DNA from: Clostridia bacterium
GTDB taxonomy: Bacteria > Bacillota > Clostridia > Monoglobales > Monoglobaceae
NCBI GenBank assembly: GCA_045589715.1
Contig: JAZNPN010000041.1
Location: forward strand, 9,536-73,535
Direction of reading: 5' to 3'
Length of the DNA stretch: 64,000 bases
A model generated the notes under the pieces. The model made no database searches. It was not told the origin of the DNA and saw only the letters and a program-made list of their open reading frames with translations. Position 1 is the stretch's first letter; each line of letters opens with the position of its first letter. This document shows, one piece after another, positions 48,309 through 57,046 of the stretch. The position numbers were made by a program, and so were the translations under genes.

Positions 48309-48331
48309 ATTGGCGGTAGGGAGGAATTTAT

Positions 48332-50668
48332 ATGGATACAAAAGAAATTTGCGTTATTGAAAATGGTACAAGAGATAGAAAAGGTAAGCGGTTTAAGATA
48401 AGCGTATATCAGGCATCGATAAGGATAATCGCCTTATTTCTTGCAAGAGCTACGCCAATGCCGCCTATCGCGCCGTTTGGAGTTGCATTTATGGCAACTG
48501 AACTTAGATTTTCGTCTTCTGCTATTGCAAGTGCAGTCGCAGCATCTCTTGGATACTTGACGCTTGGGGACATCGCTGTCTCGGTTAAATACATATCGGC
48601 GATACTTTTATATCTTTTGTTTTTATTTGTAGCAGACCGTGACGGAGATGACATACCGCAACCTGTAGCTTTTTGCGCGGCAATTCTTTCAATCCTTGTT
48701 GCAGGGGTGGGAAGTATGATATGGACAGGCTTTACAATGGGTAATCTTCTTATACTTTTGGCAGATATAGCGCTTTGCGGGATAGGCGCGTCAATTTTTG
48801 AACATAATCGCGGGCTTTTGCAAGGAGAAAAGAGCAGTCTGTTTGCCATAAATAATACAGAGAGAGCGTATCTTGCAGTTGTTGCGGGTATCGTACTGCT
48901 CGGATTTAATGACATAAAATTTGGGAATATCCTTTCTGTGTCAAGTGTTATTGCTCTGTTTTGTATAAATGTAGCAGCCGCTATTGGCGGGGTGAGCGCC
49001 GCCGCTGTGTGCGGGGCGGTTGTAGGTGTAATTATAGGACGGGGAGAAAGTTTTTTTGTTTTGCCCGCAGTTTATGCAATATCAGGGATTTCGGGCGGAC
49101 TTTTTATAAGGCAAGGCAGGCGGGGAGTGTTAGCGGGCACTTGTGTCCCGGCTTTTATACTTTCGATATATTGCGGACAGTTTGGATTTGTTCCATTTGG
49201 ATATCTTGATATTCCGATTGCTGCGGTGCTTATGATATTTATGACAGAGAAGAGGCTTAGAATGATTTCGAGAATAACGGGAATTAAAAAGGAGAAACCC
49301 GCGGAGGGCAGAGCGGAGGCGCATATAAAGAACAGGCTTAGTTCTGCAGCAGACTCTTTCAGGATTTTAGCAGATACATTTCTAAGTTTATCGGACAAAA
49401 ACAATGGAGTTGATATGGAAGATATATCAATGATGTTTGACGGCGTTGCAGAGCGGGTGTGCAGAGAATGTTCGCGGATGAGCGATTGCTGGGTAAACAA
49501 CTTTAATTCTACATATAAATCACTTTTTCGTATGCTTGAGATAATGGAGAGAAAAGGAGAGCTTTGCGAAGAAGATTTAGATGAGGTTTTCAAAAAGAGA
49601 TGCCTTAGAGAGCGCTCAATAATAAAAGAGATGAACAGACTTTTTGAAATTTATAAAATAAATTGTGTCTGGAAGAGCAAGCTTACTGAAAATCGTGAGC
49701 TTGCGGGACAGCAGCTTGGAAGCGTAGCTCATATCTTAGATAAAATTTCTGATGAAATATGCGAGGAAAAGATAGATTGCGGGGCGGAGGAAGAAATTAT
49801 TTCAAGGATTGAGTCAAAGGGAATAGAGGTTTTAAGTCTTGATGTAACCATTGGTGCAAGAGGCAGATATTTTGCGTATATCTCTCTTTCAGACTTTGAT
49901 AATATGGACAAGTACCGAAGAGCGGCAGAAAGTGCGCTAAAGGGGGTGCTTGGAGTTAAAATGGTGCCCGTGGGAATAGTGGAAAAAGAAAACGGGGGTG
50001 TTTCTCTTCGTTTTGCAGAGCCTGAGGGATATCGCATAGAAACGGGTGTTTGTTCCATAGGAAAGGCTGAGGAATGCGGCGACAACTGTGCTCTCAGATA
50101 TTTAAGCGATGGTAAATTTGCGGCGGCACTCAGTGATGGGATGGGAACAGGACGCAGAGCATCAAGAGACAGCGGAGCAACAGTGACGCTGCTGGGGGAT
50201 TTTCTTGAGGCAGGGTTTGATAAATCAATTGCGGTAAGGCTTATAAATTCAATTATGGTTATGAAGTCTGCAACAGAGGCTTTTGCGACCGTTGATATGT
50301 GCGTAATTGACTTATTTAGCGGTGATGCCGAATTTGTAAAAAACGGAGCAGAGCCAAGCTACATCAAAAGAGGCGGGGAAGTAGAGATAATAAGGAACGC
50401 ATCCTTGCCGGTGGGTGCGGTAAAAGATATGGAGATTGAGACTTTTGCCCATAAAATAGGAGACGGTGATATTATTATAATGCTTAGTGACGGGCTTCAA
50501 ATGAAGCAGGGACACGAAAATTGGCTCAAAGCTATGATAGAGGAAACGGATGAAAAAATGCCTGCTCAGGAAATAGCAGACAGAATAATGGATATGGCAA
50601 AAGTTTTGAAAAATGATGAAACTGACGATGATATGACAGTTGTTGTGTTAAAACTTTTAGAAAGATAA
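48332..50668 (+). CDS. spoIIE: Stage II sporulation protein E (membrane PP2C phosphatase)
   Basis: 778 aa with about 10 N-terminal TM helices, a central regulatory region and a C-terminal PP2C domain (GDNCALRYL..AALSDGMGTG...DDMTVVVLKL). Confidence 0.92.
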   Translation: MDTKEICVIENGTRDRKGKRFKISVYQASIRIIALFLARATPMPPIAPFGVAFMATELRFSSSAIASAVAASLGYLTLGDIAVSVKYISAILLYLLFLFVADRDGDDIPQPVAFCAAILSILVAGVGSMIWTGFTMGNLLILLADIALCGIGASIFEHNRGLLQGEKSSLFAINNTERAYLAVVAGIVLLGFNDIKFGNILSVSSVIALFCINVAAAIGGVSAAAVCGAVVGVIIGRGESFFVLPAVYAISGISGGLFIRQGRRGVLAGTCVPAFILSIYCGQFGFVPFGYLDIPIAAVLMIFMTEKRLRMISRITGIKKEKPAEGRAEAHIKNRLSSAADSFRILADTFLSLSDKNNGVDMEDISMMFDGVAERVCRECSRMSDCWVNNFNSTYKSLFRMLEIMERKGELCEEDLDEVFKKRCLRERSIIKEMNRLFEIYKINCVWKSKLTENRELAGQQLGSVAHILDKISDEICEEKIDCGAEEEIISRIESKGIEVLSLDVTIGARGRYFAYISLSDFDNMDKYRRAAESALKGVLGVKMVPVGIVEKENGGVSLRFAEPEGYRIETGVCSIGKAEECGDNCALRYLSDGKFAAALSDGMGTGRRASRDSGATVTLLGDFLEAGFDKSIAVRLINSIMVMKSATEAFATVDMCVIDLFSGDAEFVKNGAEPSYIKRGGEVEIIRNASLPVGAVKDMEIETFAHKIGDGDIIIMLSDGLQMKQGHENWLKAMIEETDEKMPAQEIADRIMDMAKVLKNDETDDDMTVVVLKLLER

Positions 50669-50699
50669 AAAAACCCGACTTTAAAAGTCGGGTTTTTAT
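50667..50699. terminator. Bidirectional terminator between spoIIE and the convergent operon
   Basis: CCCGACTT-TAA-AAGTCGGG flanked by A- and T-runs. Confidence 0.85.
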
Positions 50700-51200
50700 T
50701 TATTCTTCTATCATATCGTTTACGATAACGGCGTTGTTTGTGCTGCGAAGTTCTGAACGGTTGTTGCGAACAATAGAAATGCACTGTTCAAGCTCTTTCA
50801 TAGAAGAAACGCTGACTTTTTCAACGGTTTCAAGGAGACTGTCAACATAGTTATAAGCCTGGTCCTCGATAGCAAGAGCGTCACTCTTTGCCTGTTCTAT
50901 AATCTGGCGAGCCTGCTCGACTGCTTTCTGAGTGATTTCATGCTCGTTAATCATAGAAATACCTTTTTCGTTAGCTGCCTTAATAATATTGTCAGCTTCT
51001 GCCTGAGCTTCCTGAAGAATACGCTGTCTTTCTTCCTTAATCCACTTTGCCTGCTTAAGATCATCAGGAAGTTTAAGTTTAAGTTCCTGAACAACATCCA
51101 TAAGTTCGTCGCGCTCTAATATGCAACGACCTGAAAAAGGAATACCTGCTCCTTTGTCTATTATGTCTTCCAATTCATCCAATAATTCTAATCCATCCAT
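50700..51200 (-). CDS. Coiled-coil protein of unknown function (ATP-synthase b/H-subunit-like heptad region)
   Basis: 166 aa, strongly helical and charged (KWIKEERQRILQEAQAEADNIIKAANEK...). GGAGG RBS. It is the last gene of the rsmD-coaD operon. Confidence 0.6.
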   Translation of the reverse strand: MDGLELLDELEDIIDKGAGIPFSGRCILERDELMDVVQELKLKLPDDLKQAKWIKEERQRILQEAQAEADNIIKAANEKGISMINEHEITQKAVEQARQIIEQAKSDALAIEDQAYNYVDSLLETVEKVSVSSMKELEQCISIVRNNRSELRSTNNAVIVNDMIEE

Positions 51201-51242
51201 TATTGTTTTCCTCCTAAATTTATGATTTATTAGAAAAGCGCA

Positions 51243-51731
51243 TTAAGATTCTTTAATCTGACAACGCCTATTTATAATCGGAATAATTTCTTCGGGGACA
51301 AGGCCCTCAAGTGAACCACCATAAGTGGCTATCTCTTTTACAATGCTCGAACTTAAGAACATATATTCTTTGTTTGTGTGTAAAAACAAGGTTTCCATTT
51401 CGGGGTAAAGAGCTTTGTTGGTAAGTGCCATCTGAAATTCATATTCAAAGTCTGAAACGGCACGAATTCCCTTTATTACCACGCTTGCGTCAGTCTTTCT
51501 CAAAAAGTCTACCAAAAGACCGGAAAATGAGCAAATCTCCACATTTTTATAGTCCTTTGTAACTTTTTGCAAAAGGTCAATCCTTTCTTCAACTGAAAAG
51601 AGCGGATTTTTGGAGCTGTTAGTCAGAACAGCAACAACAACTTTGTCAAAAAGTTTGGACGCACGGTCTATTATGTCAAGATGTCCGTTTGTGCAGGGGT
51701 CAAAGCTGCCGGGATAAACTGCGGTAATCAT
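51243..51731 (-). CDS. coaD: Phosphopantetheine adenylyltransferase
   Basis: [16 protein letters not shown] nucleotidyltransferase motif, 162 aa. Confidence 0.95.
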   Translation of the reverse strand: MITAVYPGSFDPCTNGHLDIIDRASKLFDKVVVAVLTNSSKNPLFSVEERIDLLQKVTKDYKNVEICSFSGLLVDFLRKTDASVVIKGIRAVSDFEYEFQMALTNKALYPEMETLFLHTNKEYMFLSSSIVKEIATYGGSLEGLVPEEIIPIINRRCQIKES

Positions 51732-52276
51732 TTACTGCCACCTCTTTCTAAGATGGTAACGGTCGTTTTTCCATATGTTGCACGGCGCACTACCTGAAAG
51801 CTAGGATGCGTAGGATTCTCGCCGTCCTTTTCGGTTTCAACAACAATTATGCCGTCATCTTTAAGAAGCGAATTTTTGCTTATCAGATCAAGGCTGGGGT
51901 AAAGCATACCCTTGTTGTACGGCGGGTCCAGAAATATAATGTCAAATGCTAAAGAACAATCTGCTAAAAATGTATACGAATCCTTTAAAATTAAAGTGGA
52001 ATTATCCAAAAATTTTGCATTTTCGAGATTTTCTCTGATACAAGAAAAGGCACGCTTGTCCTGTTCCACAAAAACGCAATGGGAGGATAGTCTGCTCAAA
52101 GCCTCAATTCCAAGGGCGCCGCTGCCTGCAAAAAGGTCTAACACCTCTTGTGCGGGAAGACGCATCTGGATAATATTGAAGACAGATTCTTTAACTCTGT
52201 CAGTTGTCGGGCGGGTAATTTCGCCCTCGACACATTTAAGTTTGAGCCCTCGTCTGATGCCCGAAATAACTCGCAA
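51728..52276 (-). CDS. rsmD: 16S rRNA (guanine966-N2)-methyltransferase
   Basis: [16 protein letters not shown] and FLDPPY motifs. TTG start has GGAGG 7 nt upstream. It overlaps coaD by 4 nt. Confidence 0.9.
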   Translation of the reverse strand: MRVISGIRRGLKLKCVEGEITRPTTDRVKESVFNIIQMRLPAQEVLDLFAGSGALGIEALSRLSSHCVFVEQDKRAFSCIRENLENAKFLDNSTLILKDSYTFLADCSLAFDIIFLDPPYNKGMLYPSLDLISKNSLLKDDGIIVVETEKDGENPTHPSFQVVRRATYGKTTVTILERGGSK

Positions 52277-52323
52277 AAAAAGTCCTCCTAAAAGAATAAA
52301 ATCCTTGAACTTACTACTTTATA

Positions 52324-52352
52324 TTTATATCGTAAATGCAAGCATTTGTCAA
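52324..52352 (-). promoter_or_regulatory. Sigma-A promoter for rsmD-coaD (-35 TTGACA, 17 nt, -10 TATAAA)
   Basis: On the minus strand, TTGACA (52352-52347) and TATAAA (52329-52324), immediately downstream of the RNA-gene terminator. Confidence 0.55.
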
Positions 52353-52371
52353 GTGTTTTTTATTCATAAAG

Positions 52372-52577
52372 AAAAAACCCCGCCGTGCCGATCGGGCGGT
52401 CAAAGTAAAAACCTGGAAACCAGGTGGGGAAACGCCCAAAGACATTACAAGTCCACTGGATACCATAGGGTATGAGGCATGTGCGCCGCCTTCGGAGACC
52501 AGACCCCTTTAATAAAGTGTTGGTTTTACATTGTGTCCGCATTATCGTACAAAGCAGGGATATTTAATTTTTCTAAC
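52372..52577 (-). ncRNA. ssrS: Candidate 6S RNA (SsrS-like), approx. 205 nt
   Basis: It has its own promoter (52584-52612) and a 3' GC stem plus U6 (52372-52377). The 5' and 3' ends pair in an interrupted long stem (CCCUGC:GCGGGG, CGAU:AUCG, GCGG:CCGC, UAAAACC:GGUUUUUA). Internal hairpins are AUACC-CUAU-GGUAU and CCUGG-UUU-CCAGG. There is no credible ORF. Confidence 0.55.
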
Positions 52578-52583
52578 ACCTAT

Positions 52584-52612
52584 AATATAACACACTTTTT
52601 TGAAAAATACAA
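52584..52612 (-). promoter_or_regulatory. Sigma-A promoter for the candidate RNA gene (-35 TTGTAT, 17 nt, extended -10 TGtTATATT)
   Basis: On the minus strand, TTGTAT (52612-52607) and TATATT (52589-52584) with TG upstream. Confidence 0.5.
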
Positions 52613-52714
52613 TATAAAAATTTCGGAAATATATGAAAATTAAGTTACTTTTGTTGCGTAAGTATTACGAATTTTTCATAGTTATTACAAGGGTTTTACA
52701 TTTTATAAAAATCG

Positions 52715-52742
52715 TTGCATTATGATTTTGTATTGATATAAT
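52715..52742 (+). promoter_or_regulatory. Sigma-A promoter for mecA (-35 TTGCAT, 16 nt, -10 TATAAT)
   Basis: TTGCAT at 52715-52720 and TATAAT at 52737-52742. Confidence 0.45.
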
Positions 52743-52797
52743 GAGAATAATAAAGCCAAAAGACGAATAAGATATCTTAAGACAAGGAGGGGTGGGT

Positions 52798-53421
52798 TTG
52801 AGAATAGAGCTTGTAGCTGAAAACAAAATTAAGGTATTGATTGATAAAGAAGAAGCAAAAGAATGGAATATAACTGTCGGCAAAATTTCTCAGAATACCC
52901 CTGAGGTTCAGGAGATGTTCCTGCACGCCATAAGCCTTGCAAAGGAGAGCGTTAATTTCTCTGTTGACGGAGCAAAATTATTCGTTGAAACCATCCCGTC
53001 TTATGAGGATGGAATAGGAATGTTTATTACAAAGGTATGCACGGATAAGGAGCTTGAAACAGCAGTTAATAACTGCGGCTACAAGGGAAAGGTACATAAA
53101 GGCGAGCTCAGGCCAAAGAGAGAAAGAGTTTATAAATACATATACAGCTTTGATGAGTTTGATGATGCTTCAAAGGCGGCAGAAGAACTTCAATATGTAT
53201 ATCTGGGGAAGAGTACACTCTATAAGATGGGGGAGAGATATTATCTTTATCTGATACCTAAAGAACCCGTACACATTGTAGAAGCAGACCTTGTTTTGTG
53301 TGAATTTGCACACAGGGAGCAAAAGTGTCAGTATCTGCTTGGCAGACTTAATGAATACGGCGAAACGATGATAAAAAACAACGCAATTGAGATTTTGAGC
53401 AGATATTTTAGCTTGGTATAG
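52798..53421 (+). CDS. mecA: Adaptor protein MecA (ClpC/ClpE adaptor)
   Basis: MRIELVAENKIKVLIDKEEAKEW N-terminus and a C-terminal LYKMGERYYLYL...EYGE block typical of MecA. TTG 52798 lies 7 nt after AAGGAGG and is preferred over track GTG 52792. Confidence 0.8.
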   Translation: MRIELVAENKIKVLIDKEEAKEWNITVGKISQNTPEVQEMFLHAISLAKESVNFSVDGAKLFVETIPSYEDGIGMFITKVCTDKELETAVNNCGYKGKVHKGELRPKRERVYKYIYSFDEFDDASKAAEELQYVYLGKSTLYKMGERYYLYLIPKEPVHIVEADLVLCEFAHREQKCQYLLGRLNEYGETMIKNNAIEILSRYFSLV

Positions 53422-53446
53422 TGCCGCAAACGCGGCACTATTTTTA
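53418..53446 (+). terminator. Intrinsic terminator after mecA
   Basis: AGTGCCG-CAAACG-CGGCACT followed by ATTTTT. Confidence 0.8.
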
Positions 53447-53504
53447 TGTATAGAATAAAATCCTTGCGAATATATTTAATTAAAAAGCGAGGGAGATGTA
53501 AAAG

Positions 53505-53777
53505 ATGGAAGAAAGCAAATCTCATAAAGTTACTATGCAGGACAGGGAAAGCCTTACAATTACAGGGGTAGAGGATGTAGAAAGTTTTGATGAAGAAAAA
53601 GTTGTTGTTATAACAAGTATGGGAACGATGACGGTGCTTGGGGATGAATTTCGCATCAATAAGCTCAATGTTGATGACGGTCAGCTTGTGATAGATGGCA
53701 AAATTGACGAGATACAGTACAGCGATACAATGAGAGATGACAAAGAGGGCGGATTTTTCCGCAGACTTTTCAGATAG
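53505..53777 (+). CDS. yabP: Sporulation protein YabP
   Basis: 90 aa with the YabP pattern: HKVTMQDRESLTITGVEDVESFDEEKVVVITSMGTMTVLGDEFRINKLNVDDGQLVIDG. Confidence 0.9.
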   Translation: MEESKSHKVTMQDRESLTITGVEDVESFDEEKVVVITSMGTMTVLGDEFRINKLNVDDGQLVIDGKIDEIQYSDTMRDDKEGGFFRRLFR

Positions 53778-53789
53778 GCGGAGGGTATT

Positions 53790-54224
53790 ATGAAGCTGAC
53801 ATTTGGTGCAAATATTGACTATTTCTTATGGTCCTTGCTGACGGGTGTGTCGCTTGCACTTATATACGACTTAATAAAGCTTACAAGAAGAATGATTAAA
53901 ACAAAGGATATCCTTATAAATCTTGAGGATATCCTTTTTTTGTTTCTGGCAGGGATAATATGTGTGCTTGAGGCATATGTGGTAAATAATGGTGTCATCA
54001 GAATATACAGCCTTCTGACAGAGATTGCGGGCTTTGTTTTATATCGTCTTATTGTGGGCGAGAAACTTGTTGATTTACTTTTTGGGATCAGCAATCTTAT
54101 TGTGAGAATTTTGATTTTTCCTATACGGCTTATAGTAAAGCCGTGGATTAAGATTGCGGAAAATATTAAAAAAAGACGGAGAGAAAAAATGGCGCAAATG
54201 CCCGAAAATAATGAACTTAATTGA
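53790..54224 (+). CDS. yabQ: Spore cortex biosynthesis protein YabQ
   Basis: 144-aa multi-TM protein immediately after yabP, as in Bacillus and Clostridia. Confidence 0.8.
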   Translation: MKLTFGANIDYFLWSLLTGVSLALIYDLIKLTRRMIKTKDILINLEDILFLFLAGIICVLEAYVVNNGVIRIYSLLTEIAGFVLYRLIVGEKLVDLLFGISNLIVRILIFPIRLIVKPWIKIAENIKKRRREKMAQMPENNELN

Positions 54225-54253
54225 TTGACAAATGATAAAGCTTAGTATATAAT
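54225..54253 (+). promoter_or_regulatory. Perfect-consensus sigma-A promoter (TTGACA, 17 nt, TATAAT) for divIC-yabR
   Basis: TTGACA at 54225-54230 starts right after the yabQ stop. TATAAT lies at 54248-54253. Confidence 0.6.
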
Positions 54254-54309
54254 AAGGATACAATGGATTTATTGTAGGTACTTATGCGCAATAGAGAGGA
54301 TTGTAAATT

Positions 54310-54648
54310 ATGAGCACAAATACAAAGGCTGCACACAAGTCTGGCAGAAAAAGCAAAAAAATCAATCTAAAGCGCCTTACAGTGCTTCTGGTTGCGGTGA
54401 TTGCCGTAGTATATTTTGGGGGAACGCTGATATCTCAACAGAAAACACTTAATCAAAAAAATAAGGAGATAGAGGCGCTTGAACAAAAAATAGCCGAGGC
54501 GGCAGCTGAAACTGAAAGGCTTGAGCAGGAAGTAGAAAATCTTGAAAACCCTGAATATATTGAAAAGGTTGCAAGAGAAAAGCTGGGGCTGATAGGCCCA
54601 AATGAGAGAGTTTTTGTGGATGCTAATAAAGCTGACGAAACTCCGTAA
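54310..54648 (+). CDS. divIC: Septum formation initiator (DivIC/FtsB family)
   Basis: 112 aa with a basic N-terminus, one TM helix, a leucine-zipper-like coiled coil and a conserved YIEKVAREKLGL C-terminal block. Confidence 0.88.
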   Translation: MSTNTKAAHKSGRKSKKINLKRLTVLLVAVIAVVYFGGTLISQQKTLNQKNKEIEALEQKIAEAAAETERLEQEVENLENPEYIEKVAREKLGLIGPNERVFVDANKADETP

Positions 54649-54714
54649 CACATAAGAACAATATAAATTTACATAAGAAAAGATTATTCTTTTGAGGAAG
54701 GAACAAAATTTAAT

Positions 54715-55176
54715 ATGCAGGTTGAAGTAGGAACAGTTTTAGAGGGCAAAGTTACGGGACTTGCGGCGTTTGGTGCATTTGTCGAGCTTCCCGATGGTAA
54801 GACAGGGCTTGTGCATATCTCTGAGGTTTCGTCTGAGTATGTAAGCGATGTAAAGGACCATCTTAAAGAGGGACAGACTGTAAATGTTAAAGTTATTGCG
54901 TCGGAGAACGGAAAAATCAGTTTGTCAATTAAGCAGACAATGCCCGAGACAAAGAGCAGGAGCGAGAGAAAGCAGAAACCCCAGGGCAGAAAGGCACGCC
55001 CTGCAGATGATGGTGTGCGTATGCCACCTGAAGAATTTGACTTTGGAAGAAAAACCGCGGATATGAGCTTTGATGATATGCTTTTAAAGTTTAAGCAGGA
55101 TAGCGATGAAAAATTTCAGGACTTAAAGCGCAGTAATGATTCAAAGCGCAGCGGCGGATACAAACGCAGCTATTAA
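54715..55176 (+). CDS. yabR: S1 RNA-binding domain protein (YabR-like)
   Basis: N-terminal S1 domain ([33 protein letters not shown]) and a basic C-terminal tail. It follows divIC as in Bacillus. Confidence 0.85.
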   Translation: MQVEVGTVLEGKVTGLAAFGAFVELPDGKTGLVHISEVSSEYVSDVKDHLKEGQTVNVKVIASENGKISLSIKQTMPETKSRSERKQKPQGRKARPADDGVRMPPEEFDFGRKTADMSFDDMLLKFKQDSDEKFQDLKRSNDSKRSGGYKRSY

Positions 55177-55199
55177 GAGAGAAATCAGGAGGGTTACTT

Positions 55200-55937
55200 A
55201 TGTCAGGACATTCCAAATGGGCGACTATAAAGAGAAAAAAGGGTGCAATTGATGCAAAGCGCGGCAAAATTTTTACTAAAATCGGCCGTGAACTTATGGT
55301 TGCAGTCAAGGAGGGTGGTCCCGACCCCGACAGCAACTCAAAACTTCGCGATGTTATTGCAAAGGCAAAGGCTAACAATATGCCAAACGATAATATCCAG
55401 AGGAGCATCAAAAAGGCTTCGGGAGAGGGCAGCACAAGCGAGTATTTTGAAATGGTTTATGAGGGCTACGGACCAAGCGGTATAGCCGTTATGGTAGAAA
55501 CCCTTACCGATAATAAAAACAGAACAGCAGGCGATTTGCGCCACTACTTTGATAAAAACGGCGGAAACCTCGGTCAGAACGGATGCGTTGGTTTTATGTT
55601 TGACAGAAAGGGTATGATTGTCATCGAGAAGACAGATGCAATCGACGAGGATACCCTTATGATGGAAGCTCTTGAAGCAGGGGCAGATGATTTTAATGTT
55701 GAGGACGATTGTTTTGAGATTATGACAACGCCCGAAGATTTCAGCTCTACCCGCGATGCGCTTGACGCAGCGGGCTACACATTTGTTCAGGCTGAAATTA
55801 ACTATATTCCTCAGACAACAACCGTGCTTGAGAGTGATGAGGATATCAAAAAGATGGAAAAGCTCATTGATATGCTTGAAGAAAATGATGATGTTCAGAA
55901 TGTTTATCATACATGGGAGATGCCTGACGAAGAATAG
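55200..55937 (+). CDS. yebC: YebC/PmpR-family protein
   Basis: [27 protein letters not shown] signature N-terminus, 245 aa. Confidence 0.93.
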   Translation: MSGHSKWATIKRKKGAIDAKRGKIFTKIGRELMVAVKEGGPDPDSNSKLRDVIAKAKANNMPNDNIQRSIKKASGEGSTSEYFEMVYEGYGPSGIAVMVETLTDNKNRTAGDLRHYFDKNGGNLGQNGCVGFMFDRKGMIVIEKTDAIDEDTLMMEALEAGADDFNVEDDCFEIMTTPEDFSSTRDALDAAGYTFVQAEINYIPQTTTVLESDEDIKKMEKLIDMLEENDDVQNVYHTWEMPDEE

Positions 55938-55948
55938 GAGGGGAACCG

Positions 55949-57046
55949 ATGCCCACTTTTTTGCACACAGCGGATTTGCACTTGGATACTGCTTTTTCTG
56001 CGCACTTTGATGCAAAGGGTGCAGAAAAACGGCGCAGAGAAATGCTGCATTGCGTGTCCGATATAATAAGCAGGGCAAAGGACAAAGACCTTTTGTTGAT
56101 TGCAGGCGACTTGTTCGATACGGGAAGCATTACAAGTGAAACAGTTGCTTTTTTAAAGCGCAAATTTGCGGAAATTCCCGATACAAAAATTTTCATAGCG
56201 GCAGGAAATCATGATCCATATACCCCTGACTCGGTTTATGCAAAAGAGGATTTTGGCAGTAATGTCCATATCTTTAAAACAGAGTTTGAGTGTGTTGAAC
56301 TTACAGAACTTAATACAAGGGTGTATGGCGTAAGTTTTAATCAGGCGTATGTGTCGGCTATGAATATTCCTCCTATAAAGAAGACAGAGGGAATATCGGA
56401 CATATTGCTTCTTCACGGAGACTTGGTCTCAAACGGCGGAAAGAGCGAATATAATCCCATTGATAAAAGCTTTATTGAAAATTGCGGTGCCGATTATCTG
56501 GCACTTGGGCATATCCATAAACGCTCAGGACTTTTAAAGGCAGGAGACACTTATTATGCTTATCCGGGTGCGCCCGAGGGAAGAGGTTTTGACGAGTGCA
56601 AAGATTTGGGCGTATATTCAGGGAACATAGAAAATGGTGTGGTGACAGTTCAGTTTGAAAGAACCTGCCGCCGCAGAATGTTCCGTGAAGAAATTGACAT
56701 AACGGGGGCTGAAGACAGCCTTAATGCTGTTGAAATTGTGAAGAATTTCATATATGGATTTGGCGGCACAAATGAAGATATATACAAGGTTATTCTTAAG
56801 GGGAGAGTAGAGTCAATCAATTCCGATATTATAAAGGCAGAACTTTTAAATGACTTTTATCATATTGAAATTGCAGACAAAACTCAACCTTGCTACGATA
56901 TAGAACAACTTTCTTTGAATAATGATTTATGTGGCGAGTTTATCCGTCGTATGGAAAAAGAAATCAAGACAGCAGAGGATAAAGAAATTTTATATGACGC
57001 TTTGATACTTGGGATTGACGCCTTGCTTGGAGGTGACAAAGTATGA
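55949..57046 (+). CDS. SbcD/Mre11-like metallophosphoesterase (YhaO-like DNA repair exonuclease)
   Basis: FLHTADLHLD, GDLFD, GNHD and GHIH phosphoesterase motifs. It overlaps the downstream ATPase gene by 4 nt. Confidence 0.85.
   Translation: MPTFLHTADLHLDTAFSAHFDAKGAEKRRREMLHCVSDIISRAKDKDLLLIAGDLFDTGSITSETVAFLKRKFAEIPDTKIFIAAGNHDPYTPDSVYAKEDFGSNVHIFKTEFECVELTELNTRVYGVSFNQAYVSAMNIPPIKKTEGISDILLLHGDLVSNGGKSEYNPIDKSFIENCGADYLALGHIHKRSGLLKAGDTYYAYPGAPEGRGFDECKDLGVYSGNIENGVVTVQFERTCRRRMFREEIDITGAEDSLNAVEIVKNFIYGFGGTNEDIYKVILKGRVESINSDIIKAELLNDFYHIEIADKTQPCYDIEQLSLNNDLCGEFIRRMEKEIKTAEDKEILYDALILGIDALLGGDKV

Noticed and set aside
51912-52542. ORFs 51912..52475 (+) and 52360..52542 (-) covering the rsmD 5' region and the candidate RNA
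   Set aside because: They have no RBS and an Arg/Gly/Pro-rich or low-complexity translation. The region is better explained by rsmD on the minus strand plus a structured non-coding RNA with its own promoter and terminator.
55338-56078. 246-aa ORF antisense to yebC and the sbcD-like gene
   Set aside because: It lies opposite two genes with unmistakable conserved motifs. It has no RBS, and its Cys/Phe/Leu/Ile-rich composition is typical of antisense frames in AT-rich genomes.
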